From Octopus vulgaris (lineage: Eukaryota): a DNA stretch of 64,000 nt. A program made the translations under genes and the position numbers. The stretch covers positions 199,206,001 through 199,270,000 of the forward strand of contig OX597815.1 of the NCBI GenBank assembly GCA_951406725.2, written 5' to 3'. Position 1 is the first letter of the stretch. Every line of letters begins with the position of its first letter. Below the pieces are notes generated by a model. It ran no database searches. It was not told the DNA's origin and worked only from the letters and a program-made list of their open reading frames with translations. Positions 41,739 to 55,261 of this stretch are shown in pieces.

Positions 41739-42569
41739 TCCGGTGGTTGGTTTGTTAACTTATTTTTGTCAGGAATCGCTTCGCTTAAGGGTACAGAGTC
41801 TCAGCCGAAATTTGTGAGGTACAGATTTCAAAAATCTTTGTAGCGGCTTGCTAGCGACTTTTTATCAAGGTGGTGTTCCAGCATGGCCACAGCCCAATGA
41901 CTGAAACGAATAAGAGAGAAACAAAAAGAGATTCCACTACCCTAATTCTTAACATAGGCAAAGTGCCAGAAATTTCGAGAATGGATATAGACCAATATAC
42001 TTTATCGACCTTCCAAAGGATAAAAACCAAAGACGACCTCGGCTGAGTCTGATCACGAATAGGGGTGGTAATTAATTAAATTATTCATTTATTTATTTAT
42101 TGCTACCAGGCAGTTTGAACGTCGCTCTACCGGTTTTGTTATTCCTGTAATCCAATGCATCACTTTTTTATAGAGTACATCTTTAATCCAAAATGCATCG
42201 TATTTCCAAATGAGAGCCATCGCGTCTAAATAGGAAAGACTCCAAACAAGTGTTGTGGTATCAAACACATTCACAACATTAATAGCTTCACACCTCAATG
42301 TCGCTTATCTACTACTACTACTACTACTACTACTACAACGACTACTACGACTACTACTGCGAATGACGATGACGATAACGTTGTTTTTTTCTTCCCTGAT
42401 GCTTTCGCAAGAGATTTTTCAACTGAATAACGTGATGAAATAAACATGGTTGAATTTTGGTAGTGTCATGTCTGTTAATTTACAAATTAATAAGCACGCG
42501 CAGTGTCAATCAATTATTCATCGGTTGATTTCCTTTTAATTAGCTTTTGAAAGATGTTCACACATTCGT

Positions 42570-43050
<481 letters not shown>

Positions 43051-44137
43051 GAAGGCAATGGTTGAACATCAATCATAAGCTAATTAGATATAGAAATAAA
43101 TGGATATATGGATATAAATATATAATAACGTGTGTGAATGTGAGTGTATGTGAGTGTTTGTGTGTGTATGTAATTATGAGTGTACGTGTGTGCGTGTGTC
43201 TGCATGCGCACGTTGAACGTGTTGTGTCGGGTCGGTTTCTCAATTGCGTTGCAGTCGATGGCCGAATAGCTACGAAGTCCGATTCGCCATCACGAGATCC
43301 ATGTTTGGTCTCCAGATGAATACAAGCCCTGTGTGTACAATTGGGTAGACGGTAACTACGTGAAGGTCAATCAGATGGACTGTAGCTCCTCAATACAATG
43401 GTCATGCTGTGTCACGCTGATTCACCCTAAGGACTAATTGCTCAATGTGAATGTAGATAGTTCCGGGGATTGAATAATGGGAATATTCAATGTCGAAACC
43501 GACAGAAGATTCGTATTCTTTTGCTGTCGACGGCTGTATACTCGTGACCAAAATACTAAAATAAAAAGGTTGCCACTACACAGGAACACCCCCATCGAAA
43601 GAGCATCTACGTGGTTACTTTATGTGCTAGATATAGCAGCTACATAGCCCCAAGATCACCTCCACTGAAGGGACATATTAGTTGATAAATTTCATTAGAA
43701 AATTTGAGACGAGATATTGTCTCAGATACAGAGATGGTGAACTTGGACAATCATCACCGCGCCAGACAAAATGCTTAGGCACATTTCTTCAGACATTTTA
43801 CGTTCCAAGTTCAAATTCTGCCTAGTGTATTTTGCCTTTCACCCTTTAAGATCGATAAAATACGAACCAGTTGAGCACTTGGGTCGATTTAATCGACTTC
43901 CTGTCCACTCAGAATTGCTGAACTCGTTCCAAAATTAGAAAGAAATATTATACTCTGTCGTATTCGCCTTACTGTCTTCATCTTGTTTGCCTTAGTTGCA
44001 ACTTTTTAGCCATTATACCGTCTGTTCTTGCTCGGGTACCCGTCATACTTAGCATCAGCCTCGGAATTAGAAGTCAAATCCTTTATTAAAACCTAGAGAG
44101 GTAGGCCATCTTAATTTCGTTTTCAGTACCAGAACTG

Positions 44138-44375
44138 CGGAGGCGCGTGGATTAGTGGTTAGAATGTTGGACTCATGATCGTAAGAGTGTGGTTTCGATT
44201 CCAGGGCCGGGTGAAGCGTTGTTTTCTTGATCAAAACACTTCATTTTACGTTGCTCCAGTCCACTCAGCTGGCAAAACTGAGTAATCCTGCGACAGACCA
44301 GCGTCCCATGTAGGTGGGGAATATATACGACATTGAAACCGACCCTTATGACCCGGTATGACTTGATAAGATAAC
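44138..44375 (+). mobile_element. SINE family D head and core with an alternative 3' module
   Basis: ggaggcgcgtggattagtgg...acgttgctccagtccactcagctggcaaaa, then aatcctgcgacagaccagcgtccc. Confidence 0.75.
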
Positions 44376-44589
44376 TACCTTTTTTCTATACCAGGGATAC
44401 TCCATAATTTGTTATTCCCCTATGCCTGTTTGCCATTAAGAATTTCTCTTGAACCAAAGTATAAATTAAATCACGCTCATTAGGAAATGTGCTTCACTTA
44501 ACCATTCACAGTTAATCAACACTTATAATTGCTTTCCCATTATTTCATTGGACAAGCAAGAAATGGATTTCAAAATTCCAGATACGATT

Positions 44590-44665
44590 GGCATCTGAAG
44601 AAGGATTGAGAGTACGAAGGCCGAAACGTAATTATAACAATGAAGATGAAAGCAATAGTCTTCAT
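44590..44665 (+). ncRNA. Decayed PLE hammerhead/pLTR remnant (same family as 18074)
   Basis: catCTGAAGAAggattgagagtacgaaggccGAAACGTa...aacaatgaagatga. Confidence 0.55.
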
Positions 44666-44880
44666 ATATATATTCCAGGATCGACACAGTTGCCCTAAAA
44701 ATAAAAGCATGATTATGTCTAGATTTCCTTCCGTCAACCGGTCTACGTTGATCTAATTTGACCTGGGACTAAACAACAGCTACGAACAGCACCACCACCA
44801 CCACCACCACTAGTACCTCATGAGTAGAAACAAACTTCTTAACTATTCAATTATGCTTGCGTCTAGAGACCAGAATAATA

Positions 44881-45300
44881 AGGCGGCGAGCTGGCAGAAA
44901 CGTTAGCACGCCGGGCGAAATGCTTAGAGCGGTCTTTCAACTGCCGCTGAGTTCTGAGTTCAAATTCCGCCGAGGTTGACTTTGCCTTTCAGCCTTTCGG
45001 GGAGGTCGATAAATTAAATACCAGTTACGTACTGGGGTCGATGTAATCGACTTAATCCCCTTGTCTGTCCTTTTTTGTCCCCTCTGTGTTTAGCCCCTTG
45101 TGGGTAGTAAAGAAATAGGTATTTCGTCTGCTGTTACGTTGAATTCAAATTCCACCGAGGTCGACTTTGCCTTTCATCCTTTCGGGGTTCGATAGATTGA
45201 GTACCAGTTACGCACTGGGGTCGATATAATCGACTTAATCTGTTTGTCTGTCCTTGTTTGTCCTCTCTATGTTTAGCCCCTTGTGGGCAATAAAGAAATA
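44881..45300 (+). mobile_element. SINE family A dimer
   Basis: T-type tail junction near 45115; ends with the C-type tail gggcaataaagaaata. Confidence 0.87.
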
Positions 45301-45849
45301 AAAATAACAATGGACAAAATGTACTGAGGAACTCAGTTACGCTCCTTTCCATTCTAAATTCAGATTCTACCGGAAGTCGATAATATACAGTACCAGTTAA
45401 ATCCAAGTGTCAATCTAATTGACTGTTATTTCTCCTCATAATATCTCAGGTCTTCTAAATGAATTACAAATCAATATTAAGTTACGTCCTATTACGTTCC
45501 CAACTCAAAACTTGTCTGTGTCGATTTTGTCTTCCTTCTAGAATAAAAAAAAAATGTAATTGGGTCAATAATCGGGTTCGATTTAATTGATTTGTCTCGA
45601 CCCAAACAGTTGTGGCCTTATGCTAATTATAGAAGTATTTATTAACAAAGTCAAAGTTAATTAATTATTTACTTTATTGTTTTAGTTAATTGCAACATCT
45701 GAATTCTAAAAATAATAATATCGATGATGAATTTTGATACAAGTACAAGGCCAGATATTTTGATGGCAATCTCAAAGGCAGAGGGGGAGAGGAAGATAAA
45801 ACAGACAGACACAGGCAGATATATATGCGTGTGTATACATATTATTTTA

Positions 45850-46250
45850 TTCTTTTACTTGTTTCAGACATTTCACTGCGGCCATACTGGAGCACCGCTT
45901 TTAGTCGAGCAAATCGACCACAGTGCTTATTCTTTGTAAGCTTAGTACTTATTGTATCGGTCCCTTTTCCCGAACCACTAAGTTACAGTGACGTATACAC
46001 ACATTCATCGGTTTTCAAGCGATGTTGGGAGGACAAATATAGACACACAATCATATGCATACATATATACACATATATATATATATACGACGGGCTTCTT
46101 TCAGTTTCCGTCTACCAAATCCACTCACAAGTCTTTGGTCGGCACGAGGCTATAGTAGAAGACAATTGCCCAAGGTGCCACGCAGTGGGACCGAACCCGG
46201 AACCATGTGGTTCGTAAGCAAGCCACTTACCACAAAACCACTCCTGCCCC
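45850..46250 (-). mobile_element. SINE family B (older copy)
   Basis: Colinear with 4192-4651. Confidence 0.82.
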
Positions 46251-46252
46251 TC

Positions 46253-46295
<43 letters not shown>

Positions 46296-46504
46296 GTCCC
46301 TTTTTTGTATCACCTAACTGTCTGCATGTTTTGCGTTCTTGCCCCATTTTGTATTTGATATATATAGAGAAAAAGAGAGAGAGTGATGTATGGAGAAAGA
46401 TATTTGATATATGTATTCCTTTCCTACATGTGAATGTACATTTGGACACACCACTAGAGTTTCAAAATAGTTTCAATACTTGAGTATGTATACATACGTT
46501 TGTT

Positions 46505-46546
<42 letters not shown>

Positions 46547-46551
<5 letters not shown>

Positions 46552-46675
46552 GCGCAATGGCCCAGTGGCTAGGGCAGCGGACTCACAGTCGTATGATCGC
46601 GGTTTCAATTCCCAGACCGGGCCTTTTGACTGTTTATTGAGCGGAAAAAAACCTAAATCTCCACGAAGCTCCGGT
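46547..46675 (+). mobile_element. SINE family C 5' part
   Basis: gaggcgcaatggcccagtggctagggcagcggactc. Confidence 0.8.
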
Positions 46676-46679
46676 AGAG

Positions 46680-47187
46680 TAAATTTACTCAATAGAATCA
46701 CCATTGGCTTCAACCACGGCCTCCAGACGACTTCGGATGAACTCCTTGTTTAAGTTGGTGAACAAGGAGACTGTCTTCCAGCAGCAACCCTCTTGACCTA
46801 GGGCAGCACTACCTCTTCCAGGGACTTGATGTAGGCCTCCGTGTTGAATCTGAGGCCATTGTGGGAAGATGAATGGAGGCATAATATCGCCATCACTAGT
46901 GATCACTCCAAACACCATGATGTTGGCAGGATGTTTGATTTTTTATCACTCTCGGTACATGTCCTCAGATTGACACCCAAGCACTCTGAAATGTTCATAT
47001 TGGAGCTTCCGGTAGTACAACATGTCGGTTCCAAATTTCTGGCGTCATGGTGCTGTTTTTCTCATAGACGGTAGTTCCCAACTGACCCTACTATAGTGTG
47101 TAGTCAATAAAATAAAAAAAAACGAACAATGCGCATGCCTGAAATGAAAAATATAAAATGGTGACAATTTTCCCATCGCACCCACTG
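46680..47187 (-). mobile_element. Deleted maT/DD37D-like transposon remnant
   Basis: MVFGVITSDGDIMPPFIFP and FIRSRLEAVVEANGDSIE*; one TIR-like end cagtgggtgcgatgggaaaattgtcacc. Confidence 0.7.
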
Positions 47188-47198
47188 AGTGCGTGTAC

Positions 47199-47236
<38 letters not shown>

Positions 47237-47239
47237 TTT

Positions 47240-47470
47240 TAATCATTTATCTGTTTCAGTCACTTGACTGCGGCCATGCTGGAGCACCACATTTAGTCGA
47301 GTAAATCGACCCCAAGACTTATTCTTTGGAAGCCTAGTACTTATTCTTTCGGCCTCTCTTGCCGAACTGCTAAGTGACGGGGACGTAAACACACCAGTAT
47401 CGGCTGTCAAACGATGCTGTGGGGACAAACACAGGCGCACAAACATACACACACACACACACACACACAC
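47240..47470 (-). mobile_element. SINE family B 3' half
   Basis: tgtttcagtcacttgactgcggccatgctggagcacc...ggggacaaacac. Confidence 0.82.
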
Positions 47471-47631
47471 AGTGAGGGAAAGAGTGGAGAGAGTTAGAGA
47501 GAGTCGAAAGTTGAGGTCTAGAGATGCTCGATATAGAAAGCACTTTGTATCGCTTGAACTCAGACACCGAAGTATTTACCGATGACAAACTCGACGGAGT
47601 AAAAATTAGCTATAAGAGAAATCGAGGTGAA

Positions 47632-48098
47632 CAAATAAAACGAATAAAATTGCTTGGGTTAGATATGCAAAATATACATACATATATAGATGTAAATAGA
47701 GAGAAAGCAAAGACTGAGGGAATTTTCAGACGATGAATATTCAGTTATAAATATATAAATATTTATATATCGTATCTCTCCACCCTGAAGACGGAAGCTG
47801 GATCAACTGAATATTCATATGCTTTTATTACTAGTTGCATGTTTTTGTGAACTACATCTACCAACATCATGAAATTACAGCAGTCGGATCTGTAACACCA
47901 TACCTTCTTTTCTTTAATTCTTTATGTCTATGTACTCTGTGTAAGTTTTCTCTGTTAATATATAAATATCTGTATGTTCATACTTGAATATTCATCGAAT
48001 GAAAATTTTCAGGCTTTGCTTTCTCTCTATTTACAAGCATACATGTATGTATATTTTGTATACCTAACATCTAACCCAAGCAGTTATTTCTTTATTTG
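47632..48098. repeat. Fold-back element (~140 bp imperfect arms, ~190 bp spacer)
   Basis: tgcttgggttagat..gtaaatagagagaaagcaaag..cgatgaatattca versus tgaatattcatcg..ctttgctttctctctatttac..atctaacccaagca. Confidence 0.85.
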
Positions 48099-48102
48099 AA
48101 TC

Positions 48103-48184
<82 letters not shown>

Positions 48185-48611
48185 GATCTATCTATCTATC
48201 TATTTATTTATTTATCAATCTATCTACTTATCTGTCTATTTATCTACCTATCTCTTTGTGTGTTCGTGTTTGTGTGTGTGTGTATGTGTGTGTGACAAAG
48301 CAATATCAATGGAAATTGATGGTGCGTTGAAATATTGGTAGTAGACCCTATCGACTGCTTTCCATTCATCTAAATAGATCAAAGTAGATCAAAGCTCCTC
48401 CCTTTCCCGTTTTCTTACTCACTCTCCCTATAATATATTGCATGAGATAAAGATTTTTTATGGATAGATCTGTTCAGGATGGCACATGTTTGCGTATCAT
48501 CAATCAATGAAACCATCGACAATATGCTCCAACAACTTCGTTTATACCATGGTTACAATTTTGAAAACTAACGTTTAACAAAGTTATGGGCTGAAAATTG
48601 TTGGTGGGAAA

Positions 48612-48684
<73 letters not shown>

Positions 48685-49649
48685 TGATGTTCTCTCGCAA
48701 CTGTTTATTGACTTGCAGCACCAGAGACTCTCACTTTTTGTTACCATTTGTGGTAGATTTCTGCGAACAGGTGGCCGAACAAGTACTGCATATAGCGGTA
48801 AAGCTCGTAGAATAGAACAGCCTAATAGGGCCTTCCATGCAACCAAACTTTGCTTTCTGTATTTCCTTGGTTGTTATATGCTTTTCGCAAACACGTCACC
48901 TTCCATGTAGAGAGTCATGGCTGGGTGTCGAAGTAAGTACTGGAATACTTCCTGCGTTTCAACATTTGTCTCGAACTGTCATGTAAAGTGCTGCTGATAC
49001 GGTTAACCCATTTGCTTGACGTCCAGTAAATTCTGCCTGTAGATTTGTTGCTACGTTGTGTCTCTGATACTCAGGACCATCCAGGGCTTTTCGTCCCCCT
49101 TCATATTAAAGCATCGAATTGTAGATTTGTTGCCACGTTGTGTTTCTGGCACTCAGCGCCATCTAAGTCTTTTCGACTACTTACATCTTAAAGCATGGGT
49201 CATGACTCGCACAATGCGACTTTCGTGCTTTGTGTTGAAAAATTTGTTCAAGTCAATCGTGTCGCGAGAAAGTCCGTTGCAAATCTTAAATGCCTCTTTT
49301 AAGTTTTTAACTGTCTCCCACTATTTTAGTTTTCTCTTATCGCTACAACCTTATTATAAATTCTACACTAATTACTTTTTATTTTCAGAGAGAACTTCCA
49401 TTTTTTGTTGACGACTGACCCCATTAACGTCAACTTACAAATTCGTTAACTGGGTCTCGCTTTTAGCCTCCAGGATTAGATCACTGCCCTTAAAGCTTGT
49501 CTGTTTTCTGCACAGATCACAAATGTGTCGCCTGTGTAGCCAACCATTATAATATGTAAATTACCTACACAATACTGTATATAATTACAATCCAAATGAT
49601 TCGGTGTGGTCTGTATCAACATTGACACATTCGGAAATCCAGTCAGCAC

Positions 49650-50030
49650 TTTTCAGACGGGTGGAAGGATCATAATAAGTTTATGAGGCATTTGCAGCTA
49701 TTCTCAAATCATCCATCCCCATAAAGTCTAAGTTTGCATTCCAATCTCCCGTAAAGCCTCCGGATGCTTGAAGGAAACTGAGTTGCCCAAGTGGTCACTT
49801 GTCTCAAAGTACACACTTTACTGCTGAACACGTTGAGAACCATTGACTTACCATCTGAGTCCATGAAGGTAGTTCGCATCGTGAGATCCAGGCCAGTCCG
49901 AAACAACACAACTATTCCATTTCCTAATACCAGGCAACATGGAGATGTGTATATTTTAGCATGTTTGGAAAATGGGCACGAAAGCTCGTGATTCGAGAAT
50001 TCTGGTGACACTGATGGCGGCCATATCTAT
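49650..50030 (-). mobile_element. Decayed LINE AP-endonuclease fragment (Tx1/L1-like)
   Basis: IYTSPCC..GNGIVVLFRTGLDLTMRTTFMDSDGKSMVLNV resembles the APE GVAILF...D.EGR.LVL region. Confidence 0.5.
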
Positions 50031-50291
50031 ATCTAGTGACCAAAGACCATGGAGCAGATATCCCTGTTTTTATGGTGACCCAGGCTACTGGCATTTATAG
50101 TTCTATCTTAAGTATGGCGTTGATGGACGGAAAGAAGAATATGAAAAATACCTACTTGCATTATACCTACGGAGAGATAGGCATTCTGTGCCTCCGGCTT
50201 GTGGATGCTTTCAAAAGCAGTTCTTCTTGACAATGCTTTGTTTATATGTTCTCTCAAGTATCCCAACGCCGTTTGGATATTTATTTTTTTA

Positions 50292-50676
50292 GTGGAGGCG
50301 CAATGGCCCAGTGGTTAGGGCAGCGGACTCGCGGTCATAGGATCGCGGTTTCGATTCCCAGACCGGGCGTTGTGAGTGTTTATTGAGCGAAAACACCTAA
50401 AAGCTCCACGAGTCTCCGGCAGGGAATGGTGGTGATCCCTGCTGTACTCTTTCACCACAACTTTCTCTCACTCTTACTTCCTGTTTCTGTTGTACTTGTA
50501 TTTCAAAGGGCCGGCCTTGTCACTCTCTGTGTCACGCTGAATATCCCCGAGAACTACGTTAAGGGTGCATGTGTCTATGGAGTGCTCAGCCACTTACACG
50601 TTAATTTCACGAGCAGGCTGTTCCGTTGATTCGGATCAACCGGAACCCTCGTCGTCGTAACCGACGGAGTGCTTCC
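50292..50676 (+). mobile_element. SINE family C, full length, 13-bp TSD
   Basis: TSD ATTTATTTTTTTA at 50279-50291 and 50677-50689. Confidence 0.92.
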
Positions 50677-51089
50677 ATTTATTTTTTTAAATGCTGTATG
50701 TGTTTTGAGATAGTTGGATTTCTTTTATGCATGCTGGAATGCTATTAGTTAATCTTACATAGTTATTGTATTTGATGTTTGTTTGTTGGTGTATGTAAAC
50801 CATTAGGTATTTTACCTTGCATTTTATGGCCCTCTAGCAATTGATTTCATTTTCTGTTCGTGTTAGTGATACGTTTTAGCTGTTAATTGGCGTGTGTGTG
50901 TGAATTAGCTTATGCTTTTAATGGTAGTGTCTGTGATAGTGGTTGTAGATGTGATGGGGATTATGGTATTGATAGCACCGATGTAATTGCTGTCGGTGCA
51001 TCGTAACTCAAACGCATCCCCCCACGTGTTTGCTAATATCTTCCAGTTTCTATCGTTAGCATAGGTTTTTCTTTTCATTTCTTTTTTTT

Positions 51090-51559
51090 TTTTTACTTGT
51101 TTCAGTCATCAGACTGCAGCCATGCTGGAGCACCGCCTCGAAGGGTTTTAGTCGAACAAATCGACCCCAGGGCTTATTTTTTTTTAAAGTCTAGTACTTA
51201 TCCTATCGGTCCCTGTTACCGAACCCCTAGATTACGAGGACGTAAACACAACAACACCGGTTGTCAAGCGGTGATGGGGGACAAACACAAACACAAAGAC
51301 ACACTCACACATATATATACATATATATATATTTCTTTACTACCCACAAGGGGCTAAACATAGAGGGGACAAACAAGGACAGAGAAAGGGATTAAGTCGA
51401 TTACATCGACCCAGTGCGAAACTGGTACTTTATTTATCGACCCCGAGAGGATGAAAGGCAAAGTCGACCTCGGCGGAATTTGAACTCAGAACGTAACGAC
51501 AGACTAAATACGGCTACGCATTTCGCCCGGCGTGCTAACGATTCTGCCAGCTCGCCTCC
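51090..51559 (-). mobile_element. SINE B 3' half (51090-51328) abutting a tailed SINE A (51330-51559)
   Basis: Family motifs; the junction lies in the (TA)n of SINE B. Confidence 0.82.
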
Positions 51560-51614
51560 TATATATATACATATATATAGACACACACACATACACACAC
51601 ACACACATATACAA

Positions 51615-51864
51615 ATAAATACAGTGTACATTTAAACACATAAGAGTCATCCATCATAGGATTCCTTACACGCTAGAAAGAACAGCTAAAATATAAACCA
51701 CTATTAGGGATAAACTTCGAAGGGAATGAAAAATAAAAACATTTGCCATCTATCTCCTGGATAGTTTTATCCCTAACAGTGGTTTGGATTTTAGCTGTTC
51801 CTTCTAGCGTGCAAGGAATCCAATGACGGATCCTCTTATGTGTTTAAATGTACACCGTATTTAT
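51615..51864. repeat. Fold-back element (~100 bp imperfect arms, ~48 bp loop)
   Basis: gtgtacatttaaacacataagag..aacagctaaaat..tagggataaa versus tttatcccta..attttagctgtt..ctcttatgtgtttaaatgtacac. Confidence 0.9.
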
Positions 51865-51956
51865 ATGAATAATATATAATCACTTGACTAAATCTTTTTA
51901 CACGCTACGCCGCTGGTCGTAGAAATTTCTAATATTTCTTATTGCCCTTGATATTA

Positions 51957-52020
<64 letters not shown>

Positions 52021-52144
52021 ATATATTGTTATATTTCGGAATGGTCATTTTGCCAGTTTAGCCAATAAAAACACACGCACTATATATTTGGTGTTATTTT
52101 GCTTCAGTGTTATTTATTTTTTACATTAGACTTAATCTTATTTC

Positions 52145-52189
52145 GGTCAGAGTTCTTTCGTCACACTCCTGTGACAGCATCAGTGGTCC
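52145..52189 (-). ncRNA. Variant hammerhead-like motif inside a (TA)n-flanked insert (52020-52455)
   Basis: ggacca CUGAUGC U GUCAC aggagu GUGAC GAAA GAAC UC ugacc: perfect 5-bp stem II, C instead of A9, weak stem I. Confidence 0.5.
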
Positions 52190-52464
52190 TTTGTTTTCTT
52201 CTTTCTTATTTGTGTCTCTCTTTACTAACCATCAGCCATTTTGTATTTCTATTGTATGTCTTCATTTGCGCATGCTTATATCTCTATGTGCGTCTATGTT
52301 TATTTAGCGTGTGTGGGAGGGGGCTGCCTGCAATATTTGTATTTTCTGTTTATATACGTTCATGTAATTTGTTTTTGTTTTTGTTGTTTTTGTTTATTCT
52401 TGGCCGCAGCTCTGAGCTCAGCATGGCCGCAGCTCTGAGCTGAAACTAGAAAAAGAATATATAT

Positions 52465-52635
52465 ATACGATGGGCTTCTTTCAGTTTCCGTCTACCAAAT
52501 CCACTCATAATGATTTGGTCGACCCGAAGCTATTACTGTAGAAGAAACTTGCCCACGGTGCCACGCGATGGGACTGAACTTGTGACCATGTGGTTGAGAA
52601 GAAAACTTCTTACCACTCAGCCACGCCTGAGCCTA
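52465..52635 (-). mobile_element. SINE family B head (old)
   Basis: gggcttctttcagtttccgtctaccaaatccactca. Confidence 0.75.
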
Positions 52636-52821
52636 CGCTTCTTTTCTCTTTGCATTCGTAAATCTTTGCTAATTGAAAAGGGGGTGGGATTATGGAGCCT
52701 ACTCACCCCTTTGCTCTCACCACACATCATACCTGTGCTTGAATATCGATGAGCCATGTTTTGGGGTCTATTCTGTTGTTAGTATAAGTGTTGATAGCAT
52801 TTTGCAAGTTGACTGTGCACC

Positions 52822-52833
52822 ATGGCTCGTACT
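52822..52833 (+). pseudogene. H3: Detached 5' end of histone H3 (cacc ATG GCT CGT ACT = M-A-R-T)
   Basis: Exactly the codons missing from the adjacent minus-strand H3 body; Kozak-like context; followed by TAG. Confidence 0.7.
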
Positions 52834-52861
52834 TAGACGTTTTTTTCTTCAAATTAAGAAA

Positions 52862-53389
<528 letters not shown>

Positions 53390-53805
53390 TTATACTTACT
53401 CTCGCTTTTTGTTCTGCGGTTGCTGCTGCCGGTGTTGATGTTCATGTTGTGGTCTTGTCCGTTGTTGTTCCAAATCGTCTTCCCTGTATGTCCGTACCTG
53501 CCAAACTTTCTGTGGTGGAATGTTGCCTATTTTGTTTCCATCTCTTATCTTTGCTGTGGTAACTTCTTATTCTTGTTATCGTTGTTGTTGTTGTTATTGT
53601 TGTTGTTGTTGTTGTTGGAGGAGGAGGAGGAGGAGGAGGAGGAGGACTTTCAATTGCTGTTGCTGATTGTGACTCTTGAATTTAATCGCGTAGACTTATG
53701 GTCCAATAAATAGCTGCCATGAGAATCTTTTGTCTATTTGAGATAATATATACGAGGAAGCATGCATGTATTTACGTAGGCAAACAGACAGACAGACTGA
53801 AATAG

Positions 53806-53887
<82 letters not shown>

Positions 53888-54305
53888 GTAGAAAAAATAC
53901 AAAATGGGACAAGAACGCAAAACATCCGGACAGTTAGGTGATAGAAAAAGGAGACAATAAAACATACAGATAGACGATACAAAGAATCCAAGGACGGGTC
54001 ATTCGAAGTTTTCTTTCCTTAGTTGAGTACCAGATTATCTTTGCAATTTCGGCTGATTATACTCAAGATTGCTCCAATCTGGCCAGCCCCAAGGAAAAAC
54101 TAAGCTAAGAGCATAAGATCCCTTGGAAGAAAGCAGCAAAGTATACGAAACAAGGACGGGAAAAAACGGACAATGTTACACAAATACAATAAAAATAATA
54201 ACAGGACATAACAACAGGTGTCTTTCGAGTAAGGACGAATTAAATTAAGCTGGCGTGTGTGGGAATAAAGACTTACGGCATGGATACAAGATTTCACAGG
54301 CACAG
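53888..54305. mobile_element. Unclassified microsatellite-associated element; its terminus recurs inverted at 46292-46357
   Basis: aaatacaaaatgggacaagaacgcaaaacatccggacagttaggtgata versus tatcacctaactgtctgcatgttttgcgttcttgccccattttgtattt. Confidence 0.65.
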
Positions 54306-54311
54306 ATACAT

Positions 54312-54722
54312 AACTTTCTTTATTGATCACACAGGAGTGAACACAGAGGGGACAAATAGAAATATAGAGCTTTGCTTTTCGAAAATGAGAAAAACAAGGG
54401 GGGAAATACGAAAGAAAGTAAAATTCCGATCAAAAGGGATCGGGGAAAAAACGATAAAAAGGGATCGTGTATTACAGAAGAGTTTTTAAAATGTAAAAAA
54501 GTAAGATTAGGTTTATCCGTGAAAAGAAAAGCCTACGGAAAAGACCACAGTAACCTCAGGGAGGGAGGGAATAAGCACATGAGAGCAAAGTGCTCTCTCT
54601 CTCCGATTTACAGGATCATGCTCAAAGTGGTTTCGTCACTCGCACGCACCATCTTTGCTACATTCACCCACCATTTCTGAAATTTTCACAAGACAAAGCC
54701 TCCTTCTCCATTCTCACCTTCA
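54312..54722 (-). mobile_element. Tx1/L1-like LINE 3' end (ORF2 C-terminus plus 3' UTR)
   Basis: KVRMEKEALSCENF..WVNVAKMVRASDETTLSMIL*; UTR ends tttgtcccctctgtgttcactcctgtgtgatcaataaagaaag. Confidence 0.65.
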
Positions 54723-54755
54723 TTTGATGGATAGATGAATGGATGGATAGGTAGG

Positions 54756-54843
<88 letters not shown>

Positions 54844-54959
54844 AATATACGTGCTCCTTCTCAAACAGTAAAGAATGGTATGAAAGACATTTGACTTCCA
54901 TTTCTAGCAGGCAGGCTGGCGGTAGCTCAGAAGCCTATCTTATGTTGGCCCATTGTTGA

Positions 54960-55193
54960 TCGTGGTGATGATGATGATGAAGACGATGATGGATCATCAT
55001 CATCATCATCATCATCATACATCATAACCACACGTATATACAACACATTAAGGTTCTAACACTATTGATACAACACCCATACCATATCAATAGTGACGAT
55101 CGAAGCTGCGGTGGTAGTAGTGACGACGGTTGGTTCCCGTGGTTATAATGGTGGCGTTTGTAGTAACGTTAGTGGTGGTTTTGGTACTAGTGA

Positions 55194-55261
<68 letters not shown>

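Noticed and set aside
48740-49040. Possible CR1/L2 RT fragment (LYAVLVRP) on the minus strand
   Set aside because: Single short motif; too degenerate to call.
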